Shown here: in pieces, positions 1 to 11,454 of the stretch
How positions within the stretch are numbered: the stretch's first letter is position 1
Layout of the letters: the number at the start of each line of letters is the position of its first letter
Notes under the pieces: model-generated
What the model saw: the letters and a program-made list of their open reading frames with translations, nothing else
What the model was told of the DNA's origin: nothing
Databases searched by the model: none
Source: an uncultured Clostridia bacterium
GTDB taxonomy: Bacteria; Bacillota; Clostridia; TANB77; CAG-508
Direction: 5' to 3'
Length of the DNA: 48,033 nucleotides
Assembly (NCBI GenBank): GCA_947589265.1
Contig: CANQAI010000003.1
Span: 1 to 48,033 of the forward strand
Program-made: the position numbers and the translations under genes

Positions 1-1011
1 AATATAATTTGGACTTCACAAATATTAAATAACCAAAATCGTAAAGTCCAAATTATATTTGCAGGAAAAGCACACCCAGCAGATAAAGAAGGTCAAGACT
101 TAATAAAATATATTCATGAAATATCAATGAAGCCACAATTTAAAGGAAAAGTATTTTTATTAGAAAATTATAATATTGCAATGTCAAAATATTTAGTAAG
201 TGGTGTAGATATTTGGCTAAATAACCCAAGAAGGCCAATGGAAGCTTCTGGCACTAGTGGACAAAAAGCATCTGTTAATGGTGTTATTAACTTTAGTGTA
301 CTAGATGGCTGGTGGGCAGAAGGATATAACAGCAAAAATGGTTGGACAATAGGCACTAATGCTGAATATTCTGATTATGAAGCCCAAGATATTGCAGATA
401 GTCAAAGCATTTATAATACACTAGAAAATAAAATTATTCCAATGTATTATGATAAATGTGAACAAGGTTATTCAGAAAAATGGCTTGAATATATGAAAGA
501 ATCTATTATTTCAACTGGTGGAAGATTTAGTACATCTAGAATGCTTACAGACTATGTAGACAAATTATATATTCCACTATGCAATTTATATAATAATTAT
601 TATACTGATTTAGAAAAGGTTGGACAGTTTAATAATTGGAAAGAGAATTTATATAATAACTGGAACAAAATAGAAATTTCACAAGAAGAAAATAATTTAG
701 ACAATATTACAATAGATGCAGGAAATAATATAGAGGTAAGATGCAAAGTAAAACTTCCAAACATTGAGGAAAAGAATATTGAAGCACAAGTATATTATGG
801 AAAAATAGATGAGAATGGTGTTGTAGATGATATTACTATTATACCAATGGAATTAGAAAATACAGATGAAGAAAATAGAACATATACTTATAAGGCAAAA
901 GTAAAATTAGTAAATGGTGGAAACTATGGATATACTTTTAGAGTAATGCCAAAAAATGAAATGATACTTGATTCTGAAAATTTAAACCTAGTAAAATGGA
1001 TTACAAAATAA
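1..1011 (+). CDS. glgP: Alpha-glucan (glycogen) phosphorylase, 3' part; gene begins before the window
   Basis: Frame open from base 1 (IIFAGKAHPAD); PLP-site motif EASGTSGQK and SVLDGWW. Confidence 0.93.
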   Translation, partial: NIIWTSQILNNQNRKVQIIFAGKAHPADKEGQDLIKYIHEISMKPQFKGKVFLLENYNIAMSKYLVSGVDIWLNNPRRPMEASGTSGQKASVNGVINFSVLDGWWAEGYNSKNGWTIGTNAEYSDYEAQDIADSQSIYNTLENKIIPMYYDKCEQGYSEKWLEYMKESIISTGGRFSTSRMLTDYVDKLYIPLCNLYNNYYTDLEKVGQFNNWKENLYNNWNKIEISQEENNLDNITIDAGNNIEVRCKVKLPNIEEKNIEAQVYYGKIDENGVVDDITIIPMELENTDEENRTYTYKAKVKLVNGGNYGYTFRVMPKNEMILDSENLNLVKWITK

Positions 1012-1064
1012 GCGCTTTGTAAAGTTATAACAAAGAAAAGACACTGTAGAAGGGAAGGTTTTTA

Positions 1065-2498
1065 ATGAAAAAAACAAAAATTATTTGTACATTAGGACCA
1101 GCAGTAGATAATCAAAAAATTCTAGAAAGATTAATTTCGGCAGGAATGGATGTTGCCAGAATAAATTTTTCACATGGAAATTATGAGGACCAAGCAAGCA
1201 GAATTGAAACATTAAAAAGAGCAAGAGAAAATGTAGGAAAATCAGTAGCACTACTATTAGATACAAAAGGTCCTGAAATTAGAATTGGAAAATTTGAAAA
1301 TGGCGAAATTGAACTAAAGGCAGGAGACATTTTTACTTTAGTAAATGAGGATATTTTAGGAAACAAAGAAAAAGTATCTATCACATACAAAAATTTATAT
1401 AATGAAGTAAACATTGGAACCAATATTTTAATAAATGATGGTATTATTAAAATAGAAGTAATAGAAATAAAAGGAACAGATATTGTATGCAAAGTTATAG
1501 ATGGTGGGCATTTAACAAACACTAAAAGTATTAATATACCAGGAATGCCAATTAATTTACCTAGCCCAACAGAAAAAGATATAGAAGATATTATATTTGG
1601 TATAAAAGCAGGATTTGATTACATTGCAGCATCTTTCGTTCGTAGCAAAGAAGATGTACTAAATATTAGAAAAGTATTAGAAAAAAATGGTGGAGAGCAT
1701 ATAAAAATAATATCTAAAATTGAAAACAGACAAGGCATAGACAATTTCGACAGCATTTTGGAAGTGTCTGATGGAATTATGGTAGCAAGGGGAGACTTAG
1801 GAGTAGAAATTCCTATGGAAGAAGTTCCAATATATCAAAAGCAATTTATTAACAAATGCAATAAAGCTGGAAAGCCAGTTGTAATAGCAACACAAATGTT
1901 AGAATCAATGATACATAGTCCAAGACCAACAAGAGCAGAAGTAAGTGATGTTGCAAATGCTGTATATGATATGGCAAGCTGTATAATGCTTTCAGGCGAA
2001 TCTGCAATGGGAGAATACCCAGTAGAGTGCGTAGAAACAATGGTAAGAATTAGTAAAGCTGTAGAAAACTCTATAAAATATTGGAAAAGATTTAAAACAA
2101 AAGAACATATATGTGACAATACAGACTATGAATACAATTTAAATTACTCAACATGTTTAACAGCTATGGACTTATGTGCAAAAGCAATATTTTGCTATAC
2201 AGATACAGGCAGAACTGCAAAAATGATAGCAGGTTTTATGCCAGAATGTCCAATTTATGTAATTACATCTAATAAAGAAATAGAAAAACAATTATCTTTA
2301 GTATGGAACACATACACAATTTTAGTACAGCAAAAAGAAAATATAGATGACATGATAGATGACGGAATTAAACTTGCTAAAGAAAACGGCTACATTAATG
2401 AGGGAGATATTGTTGTAATTGCAGGTGGTGCTTCAATTTTAGCAGGACACGAGCATGCAAAATTAAACAAAACAATAGGTGGAGTGTTAAAAGTGTGA
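1065..2498 (+). CDS. pyk: Pyruvate kinase
   Basis: KTKIICTLGPA, ARINFSHG, DTKGPEIR, MVARGDLGVE, ATQMLESM, PTRAEVSDVANA. Confidence 0.97.
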   Translation: MKKTKIICTLGPAVDNQKILERLISAGMDVARINFSHGNYEDQASRIETLKRARENVGKSVALLLDTKGPEIRIGKFENGEIELKAGDIFTLVNEDILGNKEKVSITYKNLYNEVNIGTNILINDGIIKIEVIEIKGTDIVCKVIDGGHLTNTKSINIPGMPINLPSPTEKDIEDIIFGIKAGFDYIAASFVRSKEDVLNIRKVLEKNGGEHIKIISKIENRQGIDNFDSILEVSDGIMVARGDLGVEIPMEEVPIYQKQFINKCNKAGKPVVIATQMLESMIHSPRPTRAEVSDVANAVYDMASCIMLSGESAMGEYPVECVETMVRISKAVENSIKYWKRFKTKEHICDNTDYEYNLNYSTCLTAMDLCAKAIFCYTDTGRTAKMIAGFMPECPIYVITSNKEIEKQLSLVWNTYTILVQQKENIDDMIDDGIKLAKENGYINEGDIVVIAGGASILAGHEHAKLNKTIGGVLKV

Positions 2499-2596
2499 AC
2501 ATAATGTGAATTCTAGCAGCTGTATATTGACTTTTGCTAATGCATAAATATATAATAATTAGCGATTAATATTTGAAACGTAAAAGGAGTTTTTAG

Positions 2597-5500
2597 ATGC
2601 TAGAACTTAAAAACATTAAAAAAACATATATAACAGGGGATGAAAAGGTAGAAGCACTAAAAGGAATAAATTTAAAATTCAGAGAGTCAGAATTTGTTTC
2701 TATTTTGGGGCAAAGTGGTTGTGGAAAAACAACATTATTAAATATTATAGGTGGCCTAGACAGATATACATCAGGCGACCTTATTATTAATGGCAAATCT
2801 ACTAAAAAATTTAAAGATAGAGATTGGGATGCATATAGAAACTATAAAATAGGTTTCGTATTTCAAAGCTACAATCTAATAGCACATCAAACAGTATTAT
2901 CAAATGTTGAACTTGCACTAACAATAGGTGGAATTTCTAAAAAAGAAAGAAAGCAAAGAGCAATTAAAGCATTAGAAGAAGTAGGATTAAAAGACCAAAT
3001 AAATAAAAAACCAAACCAACTATCTGGTGGCCAAATGCAAAGAGTAGCTATAGCAAGAGCCCTAGTAAATAACCCAGACATAATTTTGGCAGATGAACCA
3101 ACTGGAGCTTTAGACACAAAAACAAGTATACAAGTAATGGAAATACTTAAAAAAATATCTAAAGATAAGCTAATTATAATGGTAACACATAATCCAGAAC
3201 TTGCTGAAAAATATTCTAGTAGAATTATTAAAATTTTAGATGGTACCATTACAGAAGATTCAAACCCAATCTTATATAATGAAAACATAGAAACAAAAGA
3301 TACCTCATCAATAGGTAGAACATCTATGAATTTTCTTACAGCATTCAGGCTAAGCCTAAATAATTTACTAACAAAAAAAGGCAGAACTATATTAGTAGCA
3401 TTTGCAGGCTCAATAGGAATTATTGGCATTGCACTAGTTCAAGCTGTATCAAATGGCTTTCAAGGGTATGTTGATAGTATTCAAGAAGAGACCCTAACTT
3501 CGTATCCACTTACCATTATGCAAGAAACAACTGATATGACTAGTATGCTTCTTTCAATGACTTCAGACGATACCAATAAAGAAGCCACAGGAACAGTAGA
3601 AGAAAAACAATATGTTTCTGATATGTTATCTAACTTAAGCACTAATGATTTAAGAAGTTTTAAAAATTATTTGGAAAATAACTATAATAAAATAGAAAAT
3701 GATATATCATCAGTAAAATATTCATATAGCGTAGAACCAGCAATTTATACAAAAGATGTAACTGGAAAAATTGCAAAATTAAATCCTAGTAACTTGTTTA
3801 GGACTTCATCAACTATGATGTCTTCATTTACATCAGCATATTCTCAAATGACTGATGACAAAGAGGCTATTAATAATTCTTATGACATTTTAGCAGGACG
3901 TTTGCCAGAAAGCTATAATGAAATGATAATAGTTTTATCTCAGCCAAATACTATTTCAGACTTACTTATTTATTCATTAGGCTTGCGAGATCCAGAAGAA
4001 TTATCTGATATAGTAACTAAAATTATGAATGGTGAAAAAACAGACATAAATAATGAGCCACTTACGCTTTCTTATGAAGACCTAATGAATGTAGACTTAA
4101 AGCTAATAATGGGAACAGATACATATAAATATAACGAAAAATATAATATATATGAAGATATGTTACAAGATGAAAAATACTTAGAAAATTTGTATAATAA
4201 AGCAATAAACTTAAAAATTGTAGGAGTTGTTTGCCCAAAAGAAGGAACAACTTCAATGATGCTAAATACAGGAGTTTTATATACAAGTGACTTAATAGAT
4301 TATATAATTGACAATTCTTCGAAAACAGACATAGTAAAAAAGCAACTTGAAAATACAGAAGTAGATGTATTTTCTGGTTCGAAATTTGAAGATAAAAACA
4401 ACAAATTAGACCTAAATTTTCAAGACTTAGTTAGTGTTGACAGTAGCAAACTTGAAAGTGCATTTAATGTTAAAATAGACCAAAACGAATTACAAAAACA
4501 AACACAAAATTATATGACAGAAATAACTAATTCAATAACAACAGACACTACACCTGCCAAAAAAGCTTTTGCAGATGGTTTAAATACTTTAGCAAATGGA
4601 ATGTTTGAAAGTATAGAAGGAGAATTTGGAATAGATGACATAGATAAAATTGTTTCTAATTATTTAAACAAATCTGAGCCATCAAAAATATTAAGCTCAC
4701 TTGAAACAAAATATGTGATTCCACAAAGTACTTTCAAACAAGCATATACTGGTTTGTTAAAAAGTCTATTACAAATATATATAAACACATATAACAGTAT
4801 GTCTTTAGTTTTGCCACAAGGTGGAAATACTGGAAGTGATAATAATCAAAATAGCAATACAGAAAACGAAAATATAGAAAACAACAACTCAGAAACTAAT
4901 AATAATGTAGCTAACTCTCAAAATCAAAATACATTTCCTAATGTACAATCAGGTAAAGTAGTTGTTAATAAACAAATGCTTCCTTCTATTATTTCAGCAT
5001 TTACAAGTAGTGCAGCAATAGAACAAACAGAAAACACAATGGCAAAAGTAATGACAGAAACAGTTATGAAAAAAGATATCTTAACAAAAGTAGGAGAACT
5101 AACAGCTAACTTAACAAATAGTTTTGCATCAGCATTTAATGTAGATGAAGAAAAAATAGCAGGTTCATTTAAACTTAAAATGACAGAAGAAGAAATAACA
5201 AGAATAGTAACAGCAATGATGTCAGATACACAAACTACTGCTAAAACAAACTTAATATCTTTAGGCTACCAAGATAAAGAAGAACCTACTTATATTTCCT
5301 TCTATTTTGATAGCTTTGACGGAAAAGAAAACTTTATAAACTTTATAGATACATATAACGAAAAAATGGAATCACAAGGCGATAAAGAAAAAATAATAAA
5401 TTACACAGACACAACAGGAATACTTATGGAATCAGTTAAAACAATAGTAAATGCAGTAACTTATGTATTAATAGCATTTATATCAATATCACTTGTGGTA

Positions 5501-5860
5501 TCATCAATTATGATAGGAATAATTACATATATTTCAGTATATGAAAGAACAAAAGAAATAGGAATATTAAGAGCTATTGGTGCTTCAAAACACAATATAT
5601 CTTCAATATTCAATGCAGAAACATTTATAATAGGATTACTTTCCGGACTATTCGGAATAGGAATTTCATATTCATTAATACCTATTATTAACTCTGTACT
5701 ACATCACTTTACAGGTAACATACCTTTAAATGTAACACTATACTTTAATAATGCAGCAATATTAGTAATACTAAGCATTATACTTACTTTAATAGGAGGA
5801 TTAATTCCTGCTAAAGCTGCATCTAAAAAAGACCCAGTTATAGCATTAAGAACAGAATAA
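2597..5860 (+). CDS. ABC transporter, fused ATP-binding/FtsX-MacB-type permease
   Basis: Walker [25 protein letters not shown]; one N-terminal TM, large extracellular loop, C-terminal TMs with [14 protein letters not shown]. Confidence 0.92.
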   Translation: MLELKNIKKTYITGDEKVEALKGINLKFRESEFVSILGQSGCGKTTLLNIIGGLDRYTSGDLIINGKSTKKFKDRDWDAYRNYKIGFVFQSYNLIAHQTVLSNVELALTIGGISKKERKQRAIKALEEVGLKDQINKKPNQLSGGQMQRVAIARALVNNPDIILADEPTGALDTKTSIQVMEILKKISKDKLIIMVTHNPELAEKYSSRIIKILDGTITEDSNPILYNENIETKDTSSIGRTSMNFLTAFRLSLNNLLTKKGRTILVAFAGSIGIIGIALVQAVSNGFQGYVDSIQEETLTSYPLTIMQETTDMTSMLLSMTSDDTNKEATGTVEEKQYVSDMLSNLSTNDLRSFKNYLENNYNKIENDISSVKYSYSVEPAIYTKDVTGKIAKLNPSNLFRTSSTMMSSFTSAYSQMTDDKEAINNSYDILAGRLPESYNEMIIVLSQPNTISDLLIYSLGLRDPEELSDIVTKIMNGEKTDINNEPLTLSYEDLMNVDLKLIMGTDTYKYNEKYNIYEDMLQDEKYLENLYNKAINLKIVGVVCPKEGTTSMMLNTGVLYTSDLIDYIIDNSSKTDIVKKQLENTEVDVFSGSKFEDKNNKLDLNFQDLVSVDSSKLESAFNVKIDQNELQKQTQNYMTEITNSITTDTTPAKKAFADGLNTLANGMFESIEGEFGIDDIDKIVSNYLNKSEPSKILSSLETKYVIPQSTFKQAYTGLLKSLLQIYINTYNSMSLVLPQGGNTGSDNNQNSNTENENIENNNSETNNNVANSQNQNTFPNVQSGKVVVNKQMLPSIISAFTSSAAIEQTENTMAKVMTETVMKKDILTKVGELTANLTNSFASAFNVDEEKIAGSFKLKMTEEEITRIVTAMMSDTQTTAKTNLISLGYQDKEEPTYISFYFDSFDGKENFINFIDTYNEKMESQGDKEKIINYTDTTGILMESVKTIVNAVTYVLIAFISISLVVSSIMIGIITYISVYERTKEIGILRAIGASKHNISSIFNAETFIIGLLSGLFGIGISYSLIPIINSVLHHFTGNIPLNVTLYFNNAAILVILSIILTLIGGLIPAKAASKKDPVIALRTE

Positions 5861-5922
5861 TTTTGACTGCTTTGGAAAAACATCTCTTAAGTGGCAGTTT
5901 GCCACATTTAAGATATATATTG

Positions 5923-5958
5923 AAAGATTACTGATTATTAAAACAGTAATCTTTTTTT
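5923..5958 (+). terminator. Rho-independent terminator after the ABC transporter
   Basis: aaagattactg...cagtaatcttt stem followed by a T run. Confidence 0.7.
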
Positions 5959-5999
5959 GTATAAAAAACCTTAACTTTTAATAAATTCTTTAAATAAGC

Positions 6000-6026
6000 A
6001 CAAATTTTATTATTTTGTCATATTAT
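6000..6026 (+). promoter_or_regulatory. Mother-cell sigma (sigK/sigE-like) promoter of the cotJ operon
   Basis: ACA-16 bp-CATATTAT upstream of the cotJA RBS AAGGAGG; resembles the sigK consensus. Confidence 0.5.
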
Positions 6027-6062
6027 GTAGTATAAACAAAAAATAAGGAGGAAAAGAAAAAA

Positions 6063-6437
6063 ATGTTTAATCGTTATAGAAGATGTTGCTGCCAAAACAA
6101 CTATAACCCAGAAGTAATAGAAAACTTATGTAAAAATGTAGGCACTTCTGCTGAATATGAAGAAACAAATAACTCTGGCTGTGGTTGCATGCAAAATATG
6201 CAAACTAACTGTACCTGTGGATTTGACGATGAAGAAAGTGCATTTCCATCAAATCCAATGCTAGCACAAAGTTATGTTCCTATACAAAAAATGAACAGAA
6301 CTTTCACACCAAAATGTGGATTAAAAATGGGAACAATTTATCCTGAACTAGTAAGTCCTTATGTACCAGGTCAAGGAATGGCTGAAATAGAATATTTAAA
6401 AAATGCAAACGAAATTGGGGAGGGATGTAACAGATGA
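6063..6437 (+). CDS. cotJA: Spore coat-associated protein CotJA with Cys-rich N-terminal extension
   Basis: LAQSYVPIQ...GLKMGTIYPEL motif; first gene of the cotJA-B-C order. Confidence 0.88.
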   Translation: MFNRYRRCCCQNNYNPEVIENLCKNVGTSAEYEETNNSGCGCMQNMQTNCTCGFDDEESAFPSNPMLAQSYVPIQKMNRTFTPKCGLKMGTIYPELVSPYVPGQGMAEIEYLKNANEIGEGCNR

Positions 6438-6853
6438 TGAACAATAGTGATATGTTTGGTGGATGTAGTGATACAATTACAAACTGCAATTGTAACTATA
6501 CTCCTCAAGGAATAAATGCAGCATTTGGATACAATACAGCAAATGAAGCAAATAATGGAGATTGTGGATGTATGTCAAATGATGATAATATGGAAACAAG
6601 ACAAGAAATGTTAAACAAAATTAGAAGCTTAAATTTTGCTATTATTGAGCTTGGTCAATATTTGGATACTCACCCAGATGATAGAAAAGCCCTTTGCTTA
6701 CACAAAGAATATTGTAATCAATATAGAGAATTAACAGATAATTATCAAAAAGTTTATGGACCACTTACTATTCATTTCCCATGTAATAAATGGAGATGGC
6801 TAGAAGAACCATGGGCTTCGTTCATTTTGGAAACTATTTGCATTTTTTATTGA
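6434..6853 (+). CDS. cotJB: Spore coat protein CotJB, 5' part; native codons end at 6814, and the last 12 residues (ASFILETICIFY) come from the inserted element
   Basis: FAIIELGQYLDTHPDD, YGPLT, WRWLEEPW; the conserved PWPWE end is missing here and is found at 17300-17326. Confidence 0.88.
   Translation: MMNNSDMFGGCSDTITNCNCNYTPQGINAAFGYNTANEANNGDCGCMSNDDNMETRQEMLNKIRSLNFAIIELGQYLDTHPDDRKALCLHKEYCNQYRELTDNYQKVYGPLTIHFPCNKWRWLEEPWASFILETICIFY
6800..6832. other. attL junction
   Basis: gaacca-TGG-gctt-CGTTCATTTTGGAA; repeat arm at 6819-6832. Confidence 0.85.
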
Positions 6854-6866
6854 AGCATGTTAAAAT
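6838..6866 (+). promoter_or_regulatory. sigA-type promoter just inside attL
   Basis: TTGCAT-17 bp-TAAAAT with extended -10 TG. Confidence 0.55.
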
Positions 6867-6924
6867 GAAGCTAAAGAAAAGCACAATAAGCATATAAAAA
6901 ATAAAAGAAAGAGAGGATTTAGTA

Positions 6925-8025
6925 ATGGAAGAAGAAAATAAAAGTAAATATAAGTTAAGTAGAGTATTAAGTTTAGTAGCATTATTTGTATTAATAGTAT
7001 TCTTAATAGGAAATGGAATATCGTATGCAATGGGAGGTACTAATATATATTCATGGATATTAGAAAAAATTGGAACAAGTAAAGAATATGAAGAAAATGA
7101 AGAGCATGAAGAATATGAAGAATCAAAAACAGATATTAATCAAGTAGTAGAAAAAAATGGAGTTAAAGTTACATTAAGGGATATAGCATATGATACTAAC
7201 TTCTTAATAATGGGCTATATGTTTGAAACAGAAGATTTATGCCAAAAATCATATGATTTAGGATATTACCAAATTGACCAAAATGTTCAAGACAAAAATG
7301 AGGTAATTGTAAATATGCTACAAACTACAGCAGAAATAGAATTTCAAGCTAAAATATCTGATGGACAAAATGAAACATATATAGGAAATTATTCAGATCC
7401 AAATAGTGGTTTTAAATTAGAAACTTATCTCATATCTCTTTCAGATAAAACTCAAACTTTTGCAAGGGTAATTTCAAAAGATCAACTTGAATTATATGTA
7501 GTAATGGATATTTCAAAATATAGATTTGATGACACAGCAAATATAGAAATAATTATAAAACAATTAGGCATGAACATGGTTGAAGCAATGCCACCAATAT
7601 TTGAAGGTGAATGGAACTTTACAGTAAATAACTTAAATAAAGGAATAACAGAAATAAAGAATTATATAAGTACAGAATTTGAAATTGGTCAAGATAATCT
7701 TTTAGAAGTAGAAACAGATAGACAAAAAACACAAGAAATTGCAAATAGATTTGTAGAAGCTTTAAATGCAAAAGATATAAAAACAATGCAAGAATATGGA
7801 AGTTCAGATGCTGTTGCAACAGTACAAAAATATAATATGACAAATATGGAATCACCAAAATTTTCACATTATATGGAAGAAAGTAATTCATATTATTATT
7901 TTGCACCATATGAGTTTGAATATAATGGAATAACTGATCCTCAAGATATAAGTTTAGCCTATTTTCTTGTTTTGGAAGAAAGAGATGGTAAATTCTTAGT
8001 AACTTGTGTTGGAGCAACAGGCTAA
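6925..8025 (+). CDS. Membrane-anchored protein with DUF4179-like domain
   Basis: N-terminal TM; INQVVEKNGVKVTLRDIAYD...FEGEWNFTV pattern. Confidence 0.6.
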   Translation: MEEENKSKYKLSRVLSLVALFVLIVFLIGNGISYAMGGTNIYSWILEKIGTSKEYEENEEHEEYEESKTDINQVVEKNGVKVTLRDIAYDTNFLIMGYMFETEDLCQKSYDLGYYQIDQNVQDKNEVIVNMLQTTAEIEFQAKISDGQNETYIGNYSDPNSGFKLETYLISLSDKTQTFARVISKDQLELYVVMDISKYRFDDTANIEIIIKQLGMNMVEAMPPIFEGEWNFTVNNLNKGITEIKNYISTEFEIGQDNLLEVETDRQKTQEIANRFVEALNAKDIKTMQEYGSSDAVATVQKYNMTNMESPKFSHYMEESNSYYYFAPYEFEYNGITDPQDISLAYFLVLEERDGKFLVTCVGATG

Positions 8026-8088
8026 GTAGGGTTTTCTCCTTTTCGTTTTAAAATATTATGTAATATGAACAATAACAAAAGAATTTCA

Positions 8089-8123
8089 AAAAAATAGAGG
8101 TGTTTTTCATCTCTATTTTTTTA
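8089..8123 (+). terminator. Rho-independent terminator, possibly bidirectional
   Basis: aaaaaatagag...ctctattttttt. Confidence 0.7.
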
Positions 8124-8310
8124 TGCAACAAGGCTGAGTTATCTTTTGGAAAACTACTTCTTATCTACAAATAAATAGAAAGTTATATATTTATTAACTT
8201 ATAATATTTATATTACAATTGCATTACGTTTATATTACAGTTGTTGCATTTTAATAGCTTATCTGATAATATAAAAATAGAGTTATTGTAATATATGGAG
8301 GGAATACTAT

Positions 8311-11300
8311 ATGTCAATAGAATTAAAACCACATAATGAAGAAACATATATAAAAGTTAAAGAAAAATTTCAAACCAGTAATAAGGTTGCTGTTATTCAT
8401 CCAACTGGAACTGGAAAAATGTATATAGCTTTAAAAATGTTAGAAGATAATAAAGAAAAAAAGGCAATTTATATTGCACCTTCTAATTCTATATTACATG
8501 ACTTAAAAAAGAACATATTCGCAGAAGGAATGAATATGTCTGATTTTCCAAATCTAAAAAGAATTACTTATCAAAAATTAGCAAGATTATCTAATGAGGA
8601 AATTCAAAATTTAGATTTTGACATTATTGTTTTAGATGAATTCCACCATTGTGGAGCACCAGAATGGGGAAAAGGCGTAGAAAGATTAATACAAAAATGC
8701 CCTGATGCTAACGTATTAGGACTATCTGCCACACCATTAAGATATTTTGATGGATTAAGAGATATGTCAGACGAAATATTTGATAATAATGTTGCATCTG
8801 AAATGACTTTAGAAGAAGCAATAAAACAGGGAATACTTCCTGAAGCTATTTATGTTAGTACTTTGTATGGCTATGACGCAGAAATAGAAAACATACAAGA
8901 AAATATAAATAAAATAAAAGATAAAGAAAAAAGAGAACAAGCACAAGAATTATTTGATATTTTAAGTGAAAGATTGGATGAAAATACAAGAAATTTACCA
9001 GAATTATTTATGGAATATATGAAAAATAAAAGTGGCAAATGGATTGTTTTTTGTCGAAATATAGAAGATATGCAAGAAAAAATGGAACAAGCAAGAAATA
9101 TGTTTGGAAGAGTTAACTCTAATATAACTATTAGGGGGGTTTCTTCTCAAATAAGAGAAAACGAACAAATTCTAACTGACTTTGAAAATGATAATGATGA
9201 AAACTCATTGAAACTATTATATGCAGTAGATATGCTTAATGAGGGTTATCATATTAAAGACTTAGATGGTGTTATTATGATGAGACCAACTTTATCACCA
9301 ACTATATTTACACAGCAATTAGGAAGAGGATTAACCGTAGGAGATAATAAAATACCTGTTGTTTTAGATTTAGTAAATAACTTTTCTACTTGTAAAATTA
9401 TAGAAGACTTTACAGAAAGAATGAAAGCATACAAAGGAAAAACAGGCACAAGATTGCCAAGAGACGAAACAAAAAGTAGAATTTCTATATTTGATAAAAC
9501 AAAAGAATTTATGGAAATTGTAAAAAAAATAACTGAATTATCAAAAAGAAATAAAATATCATTAGAAGAAAAAATACAGATATTTGAAAAATTTAACACA
9601 ACAGGGGAAGAATTAACTGGAGATACAATTTTTGAAGGATATCCAATAGGAAAATGGGCTATACAAATTAGAGCATCAATAAAACGTCAAAATACCGGAA
9701 AAAATCAAAGAGCAGAAATTAATCCAACAGAAGAGCAATTAGATAGACTAAATACCTTAGGAATATTAGATAGGCAAATAGAAGCTACAATAGATGAAAA
9801 AATAGAAATGTTAGTTGAGTGGATGAAAAAATATCCACAAGCTGAAATTAAACGAAATATTCCAGAAGGTATCTTAAGAGGTTATGCTACAACAGAAGAA
9901 GAATATTTATCGATTATTGCACAATATCAAAATATGCAAAGATATTATCTTTATATAAGACAAAGGAAAAATGATGGAAAACTTACAGAAGAACAAATTT
10001 CAAAATGTAAGGAAGGAAATGTTAGAGGTATCTTTGGCTATCCAACTGTAGTAGAAGAACTAGTAAAAAAGACTGGAGTATCTGAAAGAGAAATTAGCGA
10101 TATTATTAATAACTATGGAACAATGGAACATTTTATACAATCATATAAAAGTAAAGAACAAGATGACTTACAAAGTATTGAAATAAGAAATTTAGCAAGT
10201 TCTATGCTAAGGAACACAATCGATATTGATTTAAACCCTAATAGTAAAGGCTATGATGCTTTATATTCTGATATTATGCATATAGAACAAACTGATAATA
10301 CTTTAGAGTTATATTCTAGTGAAAAGCTTAAAGAACAGCTAGAAACTTTATTACCAAGAGAAAAGTATATAATTGAAAGAAGATATGGCTTATTATCAGA
10401 TGAATTATCAAGAGATTTAAAGAGTGTTGGCTCTACAATGAAACTAACAGAAAATAGAATTAGGCAAATACAAATAAAAGCATTGAGAAAATTAGGATTC
10501 TCTTATAAAGCAAAGCAATTTCGTTATACTTTTGATAAAAGCGATGTTTTAACAGAAGATGAATGCAAAACAATTGATGAATTAAAAAATAATCTATATG
10601 CAAGTGACTTAATATTTCGTAATAACCCACATATATCACCTAACGATGCAAAAAATGAAGATATTATAAAAGCTTTTGAACTTATAAAAAATATGAGAGA
10701 AATAACAGAGGAAAGAGAAGAACAACAATGGCAAGAAAAATTAGAAAAACTTAATACACCATTAGAAGATACAAATATATCTGTTAAAGCATATATGTAT
10801 TTGCAAAAAAGAGGATTAAAACTAATAGGTGATATAAACCTGCTATCACCTGAAGATAACGTTAATTTACTAGAACTATTAGGTAAACAAGCATATATAG
10901 AATTTTTAAAAGAAATAGCCCAATATGGTGAACTTAATACTGATATAAAACATTTAGAAGAAATGCCAGAAGAAGAGATAGCAGAAAAGTTAAGACAGCG
11001 AGAAGAAAAACCAAAGAAAGCTTTAGAGCAAACTATAGAGGAGCTGGGTTTTTCAATTAGAACATTTAATGTGCTAAAAAGAGCAGGTATAGAGACATTA
11101 GGAGATATTTCAAAATTAACAGAAGAGCAATTTTCAAGAATTAGGAATACTGGTAAAAAAATGTATGACGAAGTTGCTAAAAAACTTGGAGAATATGGAC
11201 TAACTTTTAGAGAAGATAAAGAGTTAGAAGATATTAAAAAAGGGGGAGCCTCAGAAAATGAAAGCCAGGCAACTCATGAGGCAGGAAATGAAGATACATT

Positions 11301-11451
11301 TATTGAAGATGTATTAGAAAATGCAACTAGACGAGTGGAAGTAAGAAAGCAAAATGAACAAGCAGAAGAATTAGCCAAAAAATATGAAGAAGTATTTGGA
11401 AAAAGAGCATCAAATGATGGACAGCCTTTTAATAACGATGGCAATAGGTAA
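8311..11451 (+). CDS. SF2 DExH helicase with helicase-associated domain, sigma-70 region 4 and two RNAP alpha-CTD-like domains
   Basis: HPTGTGK, LDEFHH, GLSATP, QQLGRGL; FEGYPIGKWAIQIR; LLPREKYIIERRYGL...TENRIRQIQIKALRKL; IEELGFSIRTFNVLKRAGIETLGDI...IRNTGKK. Confidence 0.85.
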   Translation: MSIELKPHNEETYIKVKEKFQTSNKVAVIHPTGTGKMYIALKMLEDNKEKKAIYIAPSNSILHDLKKNIFAEGMNMSDFPNLKRITYQKLARLSNEEIQNLDFDIIVLDEFHHCGAPEWGKGVERLIQKCPDANVLGLSATPLRYFDGLRDMSDEIFDNNVASEMTLEEAIKQGILPEAIYVSTLYGYDAEIENIQENINKIKDKEKREQAQELFDILSERLDENTRNLPELFMEYMKNKSGKWIVFCRNIEDMQEKMEQARNMFGRVNSNITIRGVSSQIRENEQILTDFENDNDENSLKLLYAVDMLNEGYHIKDLDGVIMMRPTLSPTIFTQQLGRGLTVGDNKIPVVLDLVNNFSTCKIIEDFTERMKAYKGKTGTRLPRDETKSRISIFDKTKEFMEIVKKITELSKRNKISLEEKIQIFEKFNTTGEELTGDTIFEGYPIGKWAIQIRASIKRQNTGKNQRAEINPTEEQLDRLNTLGILDRQIEATIDEKIEMLVEWMKKYPQAEIKRNIPEGILRGYATTEEEYLSIIAQYQNMQRYYLYIRQRKNDGKLTEEQISKCKEGNVRGIFGYPTVVEELVKKTGVSEREISDIINNYGTMEHFIQSYKSKEQDDLQSIEIRNLASSMLRNTIDIDLNPNSKGYDALYSDIMHIEQTDNTLELYSSEKLKEQLETLLPREKYIIERRYGLLSDELSRDLKSVGSTMKLTENRIRQIQIKALRKLGFSYKAKQFRYTFDKSDVLTEDECKTIDELKNNLYASDLIFRNNPHISPNDAKNEDIIKAFELIKNMREITEEREEQQWQEKLEKLNTPLEDTNISVKAYMYLQKRGLKLIGDINLLSPEDNVNLLELLGKQAYIEFLKEIAQYGELNTDIKHLEEMPEEEIAEKLRQREEKPKKALEQTIEELGFSIRTFNVLKRAGIETLGDISKLTEEQFSRIRNTGKKMYDEVAKKLGEYGLTFREDKELEDIKKGGASENESQATHEAGNEDTFIEDVLENATRRVEVRKQNEQAEELAKKYEEVFGKRASNDGQPFNNDGNR

Positions 11452-11454
11452 AAG

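Noticed and set aside
226-240. Recoding at the other rare Arg codons AGG and CGA
   Set aside because: AGG encodes a conserved Arg in glgP NNPRRP and pyk MVARGD, and in-frame CGA occurs in unbroken ORFs. Only CGG coincides with breaks.
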